NCBI RefSeq assembly: GCF_018350175.1
Contig: NC_058368.1
Span: forward strand, 20,710,001-20,774,000
Origin: Felis catus
Taxonomy: Eukaryota
Length of the DNA: 64,000 bases
Direction of reading: 5' to 3'
Shown one piece after another: positions 11,146 through 24,113 of this stretch. A model generated the notes under the pieces. That model made no database searches. It had not been told where the DNA came from and was given only the letters and a program-made list of their open reading frames with translations. Made by a program: the position numbers and the translations under genes. How positions within the stretch are numbered: the stretch's first letter is position 1; the number at the start of each line of letters is the position of its first letter.

Positions 11146-12299
11146 CTGACCCTAACATCCCCCGAGTCCTTCCCTGGCTAACTCTTGCCCCAAAATAACA
11201 TGTTAACGTGCCCACGTGACGGGCATCCACGGAGCACGTCGAATTCTGAGACACCGAGCACCCTCTAGGCGACATTTCACGAGAAACAGACAACCTTCTG
11301 GATGCTGTTGTCGTATTGTGACAAGACTCTGTCTGTTTGGCAATGCAGCGATACTCCAGATGTATGTTTCCCCAAATCAAAACCATTTATTTACAGACGT
11401 ACCAAGGGAAGATAAACGTCCATCTGCTGCAGACTTCTTAGTAGCTGCTCTCCCCCTTGACATAACCCGAGCTCCCCGTCTCTGTCTAGGGCTGACAGTG
11501 AGGTGCTGTTGGCGGTGTGGCAGTCCCCAACTGCCCCTGGGAGAGTCACGTAGAGGATATCCCCCAGCCCGCGGGATTTGCTTCCTCGTGTTTTCCCCTG
11601 GGCTGCGGCCCGCAGTGAGGACTCTGACAAACAGGGAGCAGACTGCCCTTCTCACATCACCTGCATTAGAAGCAAGTCTTTAGTCCCGGTAGACGTCTGC
11701 ACCCACCGGTTGTCTATCAGCCCTGCATGAGGTTCTTTCCCATGTATTGTGTTCCCACATCCAAAAACCCCAGGCTCAGGCCCTTGATGCTCTCTTCCTC
11801 TCAGGAAATATTTCTCCCCTTATAATATTTTCACTTCTTGACCCCACGAAAAGTGATATCGTTCCACTGCTCTTTTCCGTCCGGAGAACAGAGGGCGGTG
11901 TTAAGAGTTCCGTGTTCTAAGTGACGTATGGGAGCCGGAGACACAGAAAGCATGACGGTGGTAGAGGCCCAGTATCTAAAGAGTATGCCTGCAGTGAAGA
12001 ATTCTTGCAATTAGAGGCCAGGAGTTGCTTTTCTTGCCTTCATCCTTTCTTCTCACTGCCTCGGTATTATTTGTCAGCATTTCCAGAAACACACGGAGAC
12101 ACGGAGGGACTAGGGGTGAGGCGAATGTAGGTGATGTCAAGGGCAAGCCTGGAACTGAGGCACACTTTTCCGCTCATATTCCAAGGGGAGGCTGAGCCAT
12201 GTGGTCTCGCCAGGCACCCTGAGAGATGAGAACACACGGTTGCTAAGCATCCAGCCAGGCTGTGCCCTAGAGAGAGCACCGGAGCAAGGCTAGACCACT

Positions 12300-12862
12300 C
12301 GGCGAGTGAGTATTTACTGCTGGTGACTGCGTGCACTGGGCTACAGGCGGGAAATAGGAGGTGAAGTGAAACTCACAGTTCAGAGACAGAGCCGGCTCTC
12401 AGTTCCTCTAGGCGCATGTGCATAATACAGCAAGATGGTGGTGTCAACAGAGACGTGAGACTAGACAGGAGGGAACTGCCTGTTCCCTGGGCTTAGGGAG
12501 GGTCTCGATGCAGAGGTTGCTTTCAAGTGGGTCTGTGAGTATGACTTCGTGGGGAGGAGAAGGGGGGCGTGGCGATGAGGAGAGGTGAGGGTGGCAGGCA
12601 CTTCAGCCTGAATGGGGAGTGAGGCCACCAGAACCAGCTGGGGGACACGGAGGGTGGAACTGGTGTGCCAAGAATAGATGGATCCATATTACAGGCAGAG
12701 GCTCTGGGGGTGTGTGGAGGATGAAGGGGTGGTCAGAGAGCAGCAGGAGGAGGGAGCCAGGTGAGGAACCTGCCTCAGCACCCTGGGCAACAAATGTCAG
12801 AGCAGATAGTGGGGACGTGATGGAAGACTTCTCCAAGGATCTGGTGGCTGATTGGATGGGGA
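12300..12862 (-). mobile_element. L2 fragment
   Basis: gagtatttactg..., agggtctcgatgcagaggttgctttcaagtgggtctg and aggatctggtggctgattggatgggg resemble reverse L2. Confidence 0.55.
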
Positions 12863-13139
12863 AGGCCTTGGCCCTTTGATTCTCTCTCTGTTTGTCCCCT
12901 TCTTGCTCACCCTCCACACCTTCTGATGTTTGGTTTACTCCCATCCCAAAATGCTAGTTTTAATATTGGTAATAACAACAGATAATGGTATTCATTTCTC
13001 CTCTGATTAAATAGCGGGGAGTCTCCTGAGCGAAGTGAAGGCAATGTAGCTAGTCATAACATTTCTGAGTTTTGCTCTAAATCCTCTCCTGGGCATTATT
13101 AGGTGGACATGACTTAACCAGCCAAACTCAGAGAGTAAC

Positions 13140-13252
13140 TTTAATAGCTTTTACTAAGTAAATGCCAGGCCCCGGTTTAAGGACTGTACGCATATTAACT
13201 CATTTAATCCCCATAGCCTTCTAATCCTAATAACCCGTTAAGGGAGGTGCTG
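13140..13252 (-). mobile_element. MIR 3' fragment
   Basis: tgccaggccccggtttaaggactgtacgcatattaactcatttaatcc. Confidence 0.65.
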
Positions 13253-13682
13253 TCAGAAAAAATTATCCAAAAGTTAGAATGAAGGCAAAAAGGTGGACAA
13301 CATGTCCTTTCAATGCAAGAGAGAAAAGGCCGCCCAAGGATTTTCTCCAGAAATGTTCTTGGTTTGCCGCATTGCTTAATCTTGATTCAAGTTCCCAGAC
13401 TTAGGGAGTCATTTGTGCATTTGAAGACTTTGACCCAGGAGATTTACAAATAATTTATCATAAGTGGAACACATAGCCCCAGTGATTTACGACATGTTGG
13501 GCATTACTCAGGTCATATGTAACCCAATGACCTTATCCTACTATTTCTCTATTAAGTTCTCTTGTAAGTGTCCTAGTTTCTCAGATGCTCTTTGAACCAG
13601 TCATAACATCTTACTAGTTATTTCATTTTTAATGAATGTAAAAATCAATGATTTCATATTTTTTGAAAATTGCATTTTGAAA

Positions 13683-13815
13683 ATTATTATCCCCATTTGA
13701 CAAATGAGTAAACTGAGGCACAGAAAAGTTATGGAACTTGCCCAAGGTCAATGAGATACAAGTACTGCAGCTGAGATTTAAACTCAGGTATTCTAGTTCC
13801 AGAAAAGTCTCCTTA
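13683..13815 (-). mobile_element. MIR core
   Basis: attatccccatttgacaaatgagtaaactgaggcacagaaaagttatggaacttgcccaaggtca. Confidence 0.85.
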
Positions 13816-15521
13816 TTCATTCCCCATGTATATTTATTGAACACTTTTCTCTATTCTTGACTTTTCTATATTTCCCTTCCTACTGAATGCAAAGATTTTT
13901 TTATTTCATTTAGCAAATATATATGGATCTGCTACTATGTGGCAGGTTATGAATTAATCTACTTCATGGTATATTGTATTAAGGCTGTATAGCACAAGCT
14001 TAAAAGCAAGCTCTTGTCCATGTGCCCAGGCTCTAGAAGCAGCCAGGCAAGGACTCTTCTGGGCATTCATAGAATTTGCCTTTTTCTTTCAGTTGGTGTC
14101 TATGGCTGCCTCTGCATATGGGGAACCGAGTATACTTGCCATTGTAGAGGGAGAAACCAGAAAAAGTAAAAAGCAGGCTCCTTGATGATGGGGTGAGGGC
14201 CTATGAAAATTCCGAGGATTAGGTGTCTTTCTGAACCCTGCGCCCATGGAATTCATATTTGGAAAGTTGGACACGCAAAATGATGTTATATAAAGATTCC
14301 CTTTTGCCAACTCTCCAGCATCCACGTTCTCCTTGAAAATAACCTAGTAGCTGCATTCAGTTGCCATACCTAATTCTTACGTTAATTCTGGTTCTTATGC
14401 TAGAATCTTTTGAAGCAATTATAATTGGTGGTTTCCTTCTATTTAAGCTATTGGTCTATTGTTCTATTGTTCTATTGTTGTTCTAACTGTGTCTCTGCCT
14501 GTAGGCTAAGAAAGCATCAGATAAAGAGACCTGGGAAAGATAGCTGTTGCCGTGACTGAACTACCAGCAGATTGTCCCCTGAGAACTTCATCGAGTATTG
14601 GTGATAAATGATCTGCTCTTGAAGAAAACAGTTTTTCCCCATTATACTTTGAGATGCTTATCTCCATTTCATGGATGACAACTCAAACTCCCGAAGTCAG
14701 GAAATTTGACTATAGCCAAGAGAGGAAAAAAGTGGTGTGTCAAGAGTGTTTTCCACTCAGCCTGTCTGACAATGATAGATGCCCAATTTGTTCTTTAGCT
14801 TTGCAGTCTCTTGGTCAAGTTGTCATGGGTGATCCTTTCTATAGCTGGAGATAGAGCTGTAATGACTATTTGGCATTCCGATTTCCAGTGTCCAGTGGGT
14901 TATGTTGACTCCAGCATCTACTACCATATTAGGCTTCTAACACAGCAAAACTCTAGGAGAACCTCCCCACCAACAAATTAATCAACAAGATGTAAGGAAA
15001 CAATAACATTATAACAGTTGCTATTATCAACTGTTACCTCTTCTGACTTGAGCTAAATTCCCCAAGATGTTAATAACTGAAATGCTAGTGAGTGACTGCC
15101 TCATTCCTGATGCCTGGTGTGTCCATCTACATGTTTCACTTGTTCTAACCCCAGGTGCCCATGAATTTGAGTTTCCTCCAAATGATTCCATATCATGTCT
15201 GGACGAGTCACTCTTCCACTTGAGTCAGCGGGAGGAATGTTAACACAGGCTACCTGGTAGATTACTCCTTGGCAAGCTCTGGCTATAGTGAACCGAATGG
15301 TGTGCTGGCAACGTAAAGGAGTCATAGCACTTCTGTTGTGTATGATGTTAACTGAGGGGTCATTACTTCTCCTCCTATAACTGACCCCCTTGGAAGCCCA
15401 TGATATAAATTTGGAGATCAAAGAATCCCGGACTGTTCTCCACTGAGGAAGTGCTAATTTGTACATCTGAAGACTGCCAGTTTCAGGTTGGTGACTGACA
15501 GCTCTAGGAAGAAAGAGTTTA

Positions 15522-15743
15522 GGGGCGCCTGGGTGGCTCAGTTGGTTAAGTGTCCAACTTCCAGTCAGGTCACGATCTCGCGGTCCGTGAGTTCGAGTCC
15601 TGCGTCCGGCTCTGGGCTGATGGCTCAGAGCCTGGAGCCTGCTTCAGATTGTGTCTCCCTCTCTCTCTGCCCCTCCCCCGTTCATGCTCTGTCTCTCTCT
15701 GTTTCAAAAATAAATAAACATTAAAAAAAATTAAAAAAAAGAA
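15522..15743 (+). mobile_element. CAN-SINE (SINEC_Fc-like)
   Basis: ggggcgcctgggtggctcag head, gagttcgag B box, A-rich tail; perfect 13-bp TSD aagaaagagttta at 15509-15521 and 15744-15756. Confidence 0.98.
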
Positions 15744-15879
15744 AAGAAAGAGTTTACCCAGAGCTACAGGTTAGGTAGGAATATGAATCCCTTACTTTTA
15801 TAAAGCACTGAAGTGTTTACACAGATTCAGGGAAGGGATTATATGGTAGGGATCCAGGGAAGGAAATTGAACAGTTAGA

Positions 15880-15995
15880 TTGATTTCCCACTGCAGATCA
15901 GAGAAAGGAGGCTCAGTCAATTCAAGTGGTTTATCTGAGGTCACCTGTAGGGAAAAAAGGATCAGGGATGGAGGTCCAGGCTCTCAAATGCATGG
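15880..15995 (-). mobile_element. MIR fragment
   Basis: cccactgcagatcagagaaaggaggctcag...aagtggtttatctgaggtcac. Confidence 0.55.
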
Positions 15996-17289
15996 TGATC
16001 TAATCTATGAGTGTCTCCAGGACTGGCTGCCGTTTATGCCTGTATGAAAACATCCTTGAACACTTCTCCTGAGTGTGACATGCTCTATGGAAAGAAATGT
16101 TTGTTACTTAGTTGGAGCACACACATCTTTCTTGAAGAAAATGTGCTTGAGAATTCCCTTTTCCTTTGAGATGGAAATAAGCTAAGGGAGACTAGCGAAG
16201 GTATGAAGTAAGCACCCCAAGAGAATCAATAACCAGGCTAAATGAAGGCAGATATGCATATTGAATTCCAGTATGTCTGATTTCTATGTGAGATGCATTT
16301 TTCCATCACTCCTTACAGGCCTCCGAGGAGCTGTGAAAAGCACCTGGTCTCTAGGGAACAATATTCTAAAGTAAGCTGTTAGGAAAAACCCTTCTTTAAT
16401 ATGTCTTGAAATGAACTCATGATTGGACCAGAAATATATCTTCATTCAACATGAGCACATCATAAACCAGAGAGCAGAGGTGCTTCTGAAGCACTTCAGG
16501 TGGGTGTTTGATTACCATCTCAGAGCCCGTGGAAGCTCCAGACATGTTTGGAAATTCTCGGTGGCCCAACCCTAGGCAACTTGGCAGTGGGTTTCTGAAC
16601 TGAAGCTAAAGCTATGGCTTTGCAAGGAGACTTTACAGCGGGGGGTGTCAGTTTCTGAAAAACGAGGAGTGGTGGGTTTGGGATCCTCATTCTGGCAGAG
16701 GCAGCTATAGCAGAGGCCTAGGGGGCCTGGCTACCCCTCCACATGTGTTCACTTGGGCACGGTAGGGGCCAGCATTGGGAGAGGCCTGTGGCAGGGACCA
16801 GGGAGGCAGTCCACGGGGATGGGTCTGGGTCTGTGGGTACCTAAAAAGCGTCTGTTCCTGTTGTAAATGTCAGATTACTCACCTCAGTCTACCAATACAT
16901 CTCCAACATCTGTTTTCTTTCTGTTTTACCTTCCTTTTACCTGTTTGTGGCAGACACTATCAGCTATCAATTCATCAGTGATAACCTGCATTTTCTTTTG
17001 CTTAGAGGACCAGGATGTATTCACCCTCTTCTGAGAGGCCTCTTTTACAAGAGGCTAGGCCTTTCCCCACACTAGGGAGAGGAGTTATATTGGTCTAAGG
17101 GAATCACACAGATCTCACTCCATTACCAATGGATGAAAGTGTAGAATGATTACAACTTGGACTGAGATGGTTTGGGGACCACTTCGGCCAGAGGATGGAG
17201 TATGTGTTGAGAACAGACGATGTAGCCTAAACAGGTAGGCTAGAATCAAATGACAGGATGTAGTCAAGAAGTTTAGATTTTGTTCAGTG

Positions 17290-17735
17290 TCACTGCTTGG
17301 GTTCAAATAGTTTCTTTGGGAGGTGATATTAGGAGGCATAGGGGAAGAAATGGGGTGAGACAGGGAAAGGAGAGAAGCCAATGAAATGTTTATTAGTGAT
17401 TTACTGCTGAGGCAACTGGTGATCAATCCTGCTAGAGACACTGAGAAGTATGCTTCAGGGTTGACCAACTAAGGGATGAGGAGAATAAGACATCTAGCCA
17501 GTGACAACCCCCCCGAAACCCACATTGGTTAAGGGTTGCCCTCAGGGGTGTCAACTTTTCCCAAATTTGGGGTTATACCTTTAGCAGAACACCCTTGATG
17601 CTGAAGAAAACTTTCAGGAAAATAAGAGATGAAGACTTTAAGATGGCGAATTGTCTTGGGAAGTGTACCCCATGGCTCCAGAAGACCTCGGGAGTGAGGG
17701 GATGTGGGCCCAGGGAACCAACAGTATCCCCTACA
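17290..17735 (-). mobile_element. ERVL solo LTR, LTR33-like
   Basis: tttgggaggtgat...gtgagacagggaaaggagagaagccaat and terminal ggggatgtgggcccagggaaccaacagtatcccctaca. Confidence 0.7.
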
Positions 17736-17847
17736 TTTGGTAATTAATGGAATACACAGAAAAAATTTAAATTGGTAAAAAGACACAATTAGAAGTTTCT
17801 TTGGAAATATTTTTTTAATGGAGACAGTGTATATGATAGGTGGCATT

Positions 17848-19085
17848 TCACATTTCATTCAAAAGACACTTCTTGACTCCTATGCAAAGTGCCAAGAGTA
17901 TGTGAAAGAGTACATCTTTTGCCCTCAAGAAGCTCACTGTCCTATTGCTCTCGGAAGATGAGGAAGCTATGTTACTGGTCAAGTGAGTTGAGGAAGTAAA
18001 TGAAGCCTGACAAGGGACGGTACAAAGCAGACAATGGACATGAGAGGCATGGCAGAGGTAAACTGAAGGGGTCTCAGCAGCTAGTTGGGTGAATATGTTG
18101 AGTGAAGAAGGATTCACAGATGGCTGAAGTTTTGATAACGACTCTTGGAGAATATTATGCTGCTGAGAACAGAATCTTGGATATTAGCGAGAAAAGCTAT
18201 ATTGGAAGATAGCATGGAGACTAGGAACATGATGACTATGGGCAACATACATACAGGTCTGATTTCCATTAGCCATTTATTAACAAACATGTTTAAAGAG
18301 TATCAGGGGCCACGTCAGTCAACTATACTGAAGTCAGATTACAAAGACAAATGAAAAATGTCTTCAAGGGGCTTACAGACCCTTCATGAAGGAGGTAGAC
18401 ATCCAGGTATGTGAAGAGCTCACGGGAAGACTCTCTAAGGGAAGGGAACCAAAGGAAGGAAAGAGGTTGTAAGGAAGGCATAAGATGACATTTGAGTGAA
18501 GGTTTTTTGTTTTTCGCTTTTTGCTTTTTAATAGATATCATACTTTTATCCTAGAAGGCAACCCCGAGATATAAAAATACAACCAAAGTTTGGATATATA
18601 CGAATGAGGACTGACAAAATGTCAAAGGGCACTAATGTCTTAGAGAGGCTCAAATTAAAGTGTATAATGGACATCTGGAATCAAATTTAAAAATTTTCTA
18701 ACCTCTAATATAAAACCTTAACATCAAAGCCATACATTTCTTATCCTCAAAGTGTCTGCACATAAAACAATTTAGAATTTTTATTGTATTTTAGGTAAAA
18801 TATATGTGAAAATTATCATAATTTCCTAGTTAACTGGGCTGAGACTTAAAGTACAGACAGGAGTTTTCCAGGCAAAGATGGGCCTGGCCCAGATCACGGT
18901 TTCTGCTGTTGTGCCATGTTTAGACTTATAACTTATCCTCTGGTTGATAAGGAGCTACAAAAAGATCTCTAGGTAGGGGAATATCCCAATCAAAGGTTTG
19001 TTTTAGGAAGATCAGTGAGGCAATGATGTGGGATAATAGGGTCCCAGGGAAGGAGGCAAGAAAACCATTTGCAGATGCCATAGAG
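17848..19085 (-). mobile_element. Cluster of L2 fragments
   Basis: Two L2 tail-like starts (catttcattcaaaagacac; ccatttattaacaaacatgttt), gccctcaagaagctcactgtc and agatgacatttgag. Confidence 0.55.
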
Positions 19086-19089
19086 CAAC

Positions 19090-19256
19090 AGTTTTCAAAG
19101 TGTCTGGGAATCCTGGGAGTCCCCAAGACCTTCCCGGAGCTCTGTGAGGACAAAACTATACTCATAGTAATATTAAGATGGTATTTTCCTTTTCACCCTT
19201 ATTCTATCACTGCTGTACATTGGAATTTCCCAGAAACTAAGTGATATGTGATGACA
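19090..19256. mobile_element. hAT-Charlie DNA transposon end (Charlie1-like)
   Basis: cagttttcaaagtgt...gtgaggacaaaactatactcatagtaatattaagatggtattttccttttcac. Confidence 0.65.
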
Positions 19257-19419
19257 TAGAGGTCCTGGGACCAAAAAGTATAAGGATCATTGCTTAATAG
19301 ATTTTTATTGGTTTGATTTGGAAAAAACAGCCAAGGAATTTTAATTAAGGAATGTAGGCAGAAATGTCCCAATTTTTTGAACAAGGAAACAGAACATCAG
19401 CGAATGATTGACAAACCCA

Positions 19420-19559
19420 AGGGTTTTCTCTCCAGAGAAATAGAACCAACAGAATGAGAGACAGAGAGAGAGACAAAGAGAGAGAGAGGGAGGGAGGGAG
19501 GGAGGGAGGGGGAGAGAGAGGGAGAGGGAGAGGGAGAGGGAGAGGGAGAGGGAGAGGGA

Positions 19560-19610
<51 letters not shown>

Positions 19611-19800
19611 ACCCCTTCTTTAGCCTTTTTATTCTATTCAAGCCTTCAACAGATCCCATAAAGCCTACCCGTATTGGAGAGAGAAATCCGCTCTACTCAG
19701 TCTACTGATTCAAATGTTAATCTCATCTAAAAACATCCTCACAGACACACCCAGAATAATGTTTGACCAGACGTCCAGGCACCCGGTGGCCCAGTCAGGT
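19420..19800 (-). mobile_element. ERVL solo LTR MLT2, internally deleted
   Basis: ctccagagaaatagaaccaacaga (LTR 3' end) and ctcagtctactgattcaaatgttaatctcatc...cacagacacacccagaataatgtttgacc (LTR 5' part). Confidence 0.9.
19456..19608. repeat. Compound (GA)n/(GGGA)n/(GGGAGA)n polypurine microsatellite
   Basis: Pure purine run at 19475-19608. Confidence 0.95.
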
Positions 19801-20707
19801 GCTAACTCTGGGTGGGCAAATAGAGACTCATCAGTAAGGAAAATGGAAGGACTGGAGTGGAGAGGAAGAAAAGGCACTGCGTTCACTGACTTGCTTGTAT
19901 TTTCTGCCTGCCTACAGATTTTCATTGCTCTGTCTTCATGCTCACAGATTCCATTTTCATGAGATCAACCAAATGCCTTCTCATCCTCCCTCTGCCTTGT
20001 GTCTTATTTCATTTCTTCAAGAATCCTTTTGGACAAAGATCAAGGCTGATTCTACTTTTTGGACTGAGTTTACTTCATCTCGGCAACTATGCAGCATCAG
20101 GATGGTGCTCTCCCCCCGACCCCAAACCCATATAAAACCCATAACCTTGTCCTCACAGAGGCAAAGAACACATATATTTCTCCAGAAATGTAGTAAATGC
20201 TCAAGCTGGTTTTATGAGGAAATCCTTAGCTGTAATCAGAGTCCCATATGATAATGTATTGCAAATCACTAGGAAATGCTCTTTTCAATAATCTGAGCAC
20301 TAACGCTGGCTTTCAACAAGTGAGTCATCGGTAGAAAAGAAAATGACCCTTCGTATCTGGGGGTGCCATTTAAATAAAAAGTCCTCGATGAAATGCATTT
20401 GGTGGGCTCAGCTCAAAAATCCTCACAGAACAATAATCTGTGGGGTAACAGAAACCACTACTTGGGAATAATGCGGAGTCACCCTTTACCCCCAGGAAAT
20501 ACAACTAGGCCATACCGTCCTGAGTGACTCAGAGTTGCTCAGAGTTCCCGCCATGGCTATCCACCCAAGTCTACCCTCTCGAGGGCTCTAACCACCTAGT
20601 CCTTCTGCTAGCTGTCTGTCAAAAGTTACCAAGACCTAGGCCTTTGTAGACATGAGCTTGTTGCCACTGACAGAAAAAATCATATTTGATGTCTTAAGGG
20701 CATCATG

Positions 20708-21476
20708 TAGTGATCTTCAAATTGTGTCCCATAGAACATGCTAGCTCTGGAAGGTCAGGAAAAAAAGTGTTCCTGGTAGCATAACTTTAAAAAAAATCCT
20801 CTTTGCAGTGTCAGAAAAATACTAGCTATTTAAAAGCTCTGAAGACTAGCCAAGATGGCTATTTAGCTTAAACTAATTTGATCAGGTGGCAGATACCGTG
20901 GGTTGGCTCACTCACCTCTCACCCTACTGCCCCTTACAGTGTGCATACCTCCATTTTCCAAAAATTACATTTCCCAGGATTCCCCTGCAGGCCGGGTGCC
21001 AGCACATAGCCTAGAGGCAACTAACCAGATGTGTGCCCAGGCGGTACCTGGTGAAGGAAGTCAACGCATGAGAACAAAATTGCATCTCTTGGCAAGCACA
21101 GGGCTGTGAGTGTCTGATTTTCCTAAGGGATCTTGGCAAGGTACCCAGTGTCCACTTTCAAGTGCAATAGTTGCCAAACGGCAGGCGATAGCAACAGTGG
21201 TGTTTGTACCAGAAAACTGCCACGGTGTGGTTGGGCATTGTTCTCTGCCTGTTGTTGGCCCTGGCTGCATTGTTTCTGGCTGAGTAACATACAAGTCTGA
21301 CCTCCCAGGACATAAGAATAACAATAGCAATCATACTAGTTATTTTGCTACTTAAGCTAGCTAGACGGAATCCAGGTTGCAAGTAAACCCTGACTGCTCC
21401 AACCACAGAAATTATTAAATACTTAAGAATATCCTGTAAAACTAGTGGCTCAAGGAATACAAGTTCGGAAATGCTC
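20708..21476. mobile_element. hAT-Charlie MITE (MER103C-like) split by an LTR
   Basis: Left arm agtgatcttcaaattgtgtcccatagaacatgctag...aaactaatttgatca resumes after the LTR as ccacagaa...aactagtggctcaaggaatacaagttcggaaatgct; the termini are degenerate inverted repeats. Confidence 0.55.
20885..21401 (+). mobile_element. Ancient ERVL/MaLR-type solo LTR
   Basis: Starts gtggcagataccgtgggttgg, contains acatttcccaggattcccctgcag, ends ttaagctagctagacggaatcc...ttgcaagtaaaccctgactgctcca. Confidence 0.6.
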
Positions 21477-22789
21477 TTTTTCAAAGAGAACCTGGGGAGA
21501 CTCAGAGGTTAATCCAAGGGAATATAAACCCCAAGGGTGGGAATTTCAGATACTGTGCCAGGCAACGTCTGCCATGAAGACAGGGCGGCTGTACATGTGC
21601 TATGTTATTCTCCATCTCTGGACCAGAAGCTCTCGAGGTACTTCCTAAATCTACAATTTCATGAAAACATTGGCTAGAACAAGCATCTGTTCTTTATCTC
21701 GCATCCTGCTGAGTCCTCATGAGGAAAAACAAATGAGTGAATGGTTTGATTTCTCTTTGGGACTAACAAGACGCTAAAGATTTATGAAGGAAATCATTAG
21801 GGAATGTAGCATGAAGTGCTACGTTTTGAGGTTTAATACATCTAACTTATTAAACACATAAATTATAAAGCAATTCTTCCATTATCTAGGATTTCCTTCT
21901 CTGAATTAGTGGCTCATAAGCCACACTGGGTCCATAGAAATGTTTCACTTTGCCCACACAGGGTTTTGTTTAAGTGAATTCGTTGACAATATTTACAAAA
22001 CTGGGAGATTTTGACCTTAAAAGTTAAAAGAGCTGACAACTAAGGGCAGTGATAACTATGCCATTTTCTGACATGAATGCTGGTTTTTGTCTACTTGCTT
22101 GTTTAATCTCTAGAATTATGCTTTTCAAGGGACACTGGCTATCTGGTTAGTTTTTCTGATTTTTTAAGTTCCCTCAATGCAATTGTGCCCTTGAAAGACG
22201 CTTATTAGACTGATGGAGGATGACCCACTGGGGTCATTTAACAAAATACCTGTGGGAGGGAAGGAAGAAAGGGGCAGCAGATAGGTGATGAAGTCAGAGA
22301 TGGATCCTGAGAGATTGGGCTTGTCACTTGATCTTTCCGGGAACGATGTCCCCAGCTAGTAACAAACAGGGCTGGAAATAGGACAAAGGTGTTCTGATTG
22401 TCAGTTGCGGTGTTCTATCTACTTCATCACAGCCCTTCTAATGAAAGCAAATACAATACCGTCTAATGGCATGAGAAGGAAAGGTTAGAAGGGTGAAGGC
22501 AGGCCTATGGAATGATGGAGGTTGCAAAGACTAAAGCTCCCTCCTTGCCGGAAACTTTGTGACACCTCTTTGACTCTTGGGGACATCTTCAATCAGACTT
22601 CTAGTTCTGTTAGGTAACAAGAAAGGAGCACTTTCAAGAATGGATATGAGTTTGACTTTAAAAAGGCTTGTTTTAAAAGAAGAAATTATTTACTTGATTG
22701 CCACACATAAAAATCTGATAGAGTGCTATTAGCCCTGTGCCTGCCAAATTTAATACTTCCAGAAGTCAGGAATGCAAGACAGGGCAGTG

Positions 22790-23018
22790 GTTTGTGTGTC
22801 AGTTACCTTGGCAACTGGCAATCCCAAGGGCATTTATCCCATCTCAAAGGGGAGGCCACTACTCAGCTTCAGCTTGTCATTGCCAGGTGAGAATGTGACC
22901 CGATATGGACCAAGATTCCAAATTTTCAAGAGAAGATAGAAATCTGGAGTTTTGTGTGAAATGTCCAGATTAGAAACAAACAAAATAAAACTTGTAAGCC
23001 GCCAATTTGCAAACTCTG
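22790..23018. mobile_element. hAT-Charlie MER102-like element
   Basis: tttcaagagaagatagaaatctggagttttgtgtgaaatgtccagat...gccgccaatttgcaaactctg; a related fragment lies near 21925-22047. Confidence 0.65.
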
Positions 23019-23269
23019 TTTAAAATCCTCACGTCATTGACTAGGCTACTTATGAACAAACGTAGAAATAACAGAAATTGTCCCTTACCAAAACATCGAG
23101 TAACTGTAGATAAAATGTTAAAAGAAAATGTTTAAATGTCTAGTTAAGCTCTTTAAAGAGTAAAATAAGTCCCTAGAGTAGTGAGCATTTGAGCTGACAG
23201 TGGACTATCCCTGGATTTGGGGATAGTTTCCAGTTCTAGAATCTAAGAGGTTTGATTAAAAAAATTTTT

Positions 23270-24113
23270 TTTCTTATTTTTAAGTTTATTTTAATTTTAC
23301 TTTTTGTAATTTTTGTTATTTGTTTTGTTATTGTGGTAAAATACAAATAACATGAAATTTACCATCTTTGCCATTTTTATGTGTACGATTCAGTAATGTC
23401 AAATACATTCATATTGTTGTGCAACCATCACCATTGTCTATCTCTAGAACTTTTTCATCATCCAAAACTGAACATTTGTACCCATTAGACAATGGCTCCT
23501 CTCCCTCCTCCTCCTCCCCTTGCCCAGACCCTGGCGACCACCATTCTACTTTCCGTCTCTATGAGGTTGACTACTCTAGGTACTTCACATAAGTGGAATT
23601 ATGCAGTATTTTCCCTGTTGTGACTGACTGGCTTTCTTCACTTAGCATAATATCTTCAAGATTCATCCATGTTGTAGCAAGTATCAGAATTTCATTTCCT
23701 TTTAAAGGCTGAACAATATCATACAGAGATACAGATATAGATATAGACCTAGATGTACAGGTATAGACCACATTTTCTTTATCCATTTATCCATCAATGG
23801 ACATTTGGATTGTTTCCATCTTTTGGGTCTTGTGAATATTGCTGCTGTCAATGAACATGGTTGTACAAATATCACGTCAACTCCCTGTTTTCAATTATTT
23901 TGTGTATATACCCAGACATGGAATTGCTGGATCAACTGGTAATTCTCTTTTTAATTTTTTGAAGAACTGCCATACTGTTGTCCGCAGTGGCTGTGTTATT
24001 TTACATTCCCATCAGCAATGCATAAGGGTCCCGGATTCTGCACATCAATGTCAACACTTACTATTTTCTGTTTTATTTTGTTTATAACAGCCACATTAAC
24101 GGATGTGAAATGA
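23270..24113 (-). mobile_element. L1 3' end (L1MB-like), 5'-truncated
   Basis: T-rich tail, attgtggtaaaatacaaataacatgaaatttaccatc 3' UTR; ORF2 C-terminal-like peptide ILATTWMNLEDIMLSE. Confidence 0.9.

Noticed and set aside
11216..11683. Longest ORF (155 aa)
   Set aside because: GC-rich stretch with open frames on both strands, no recognisable homology and no supporting exon structure
14500..14940. CQEC...CPIC peptide suggestive of a RING/LIM pseudo-exon after a ctgtag acceptor
   Set aside because: Cys/His spacing is incomplete, stop density in all frames is near random expectation, and I recognise no parent gene; blastx would settle it
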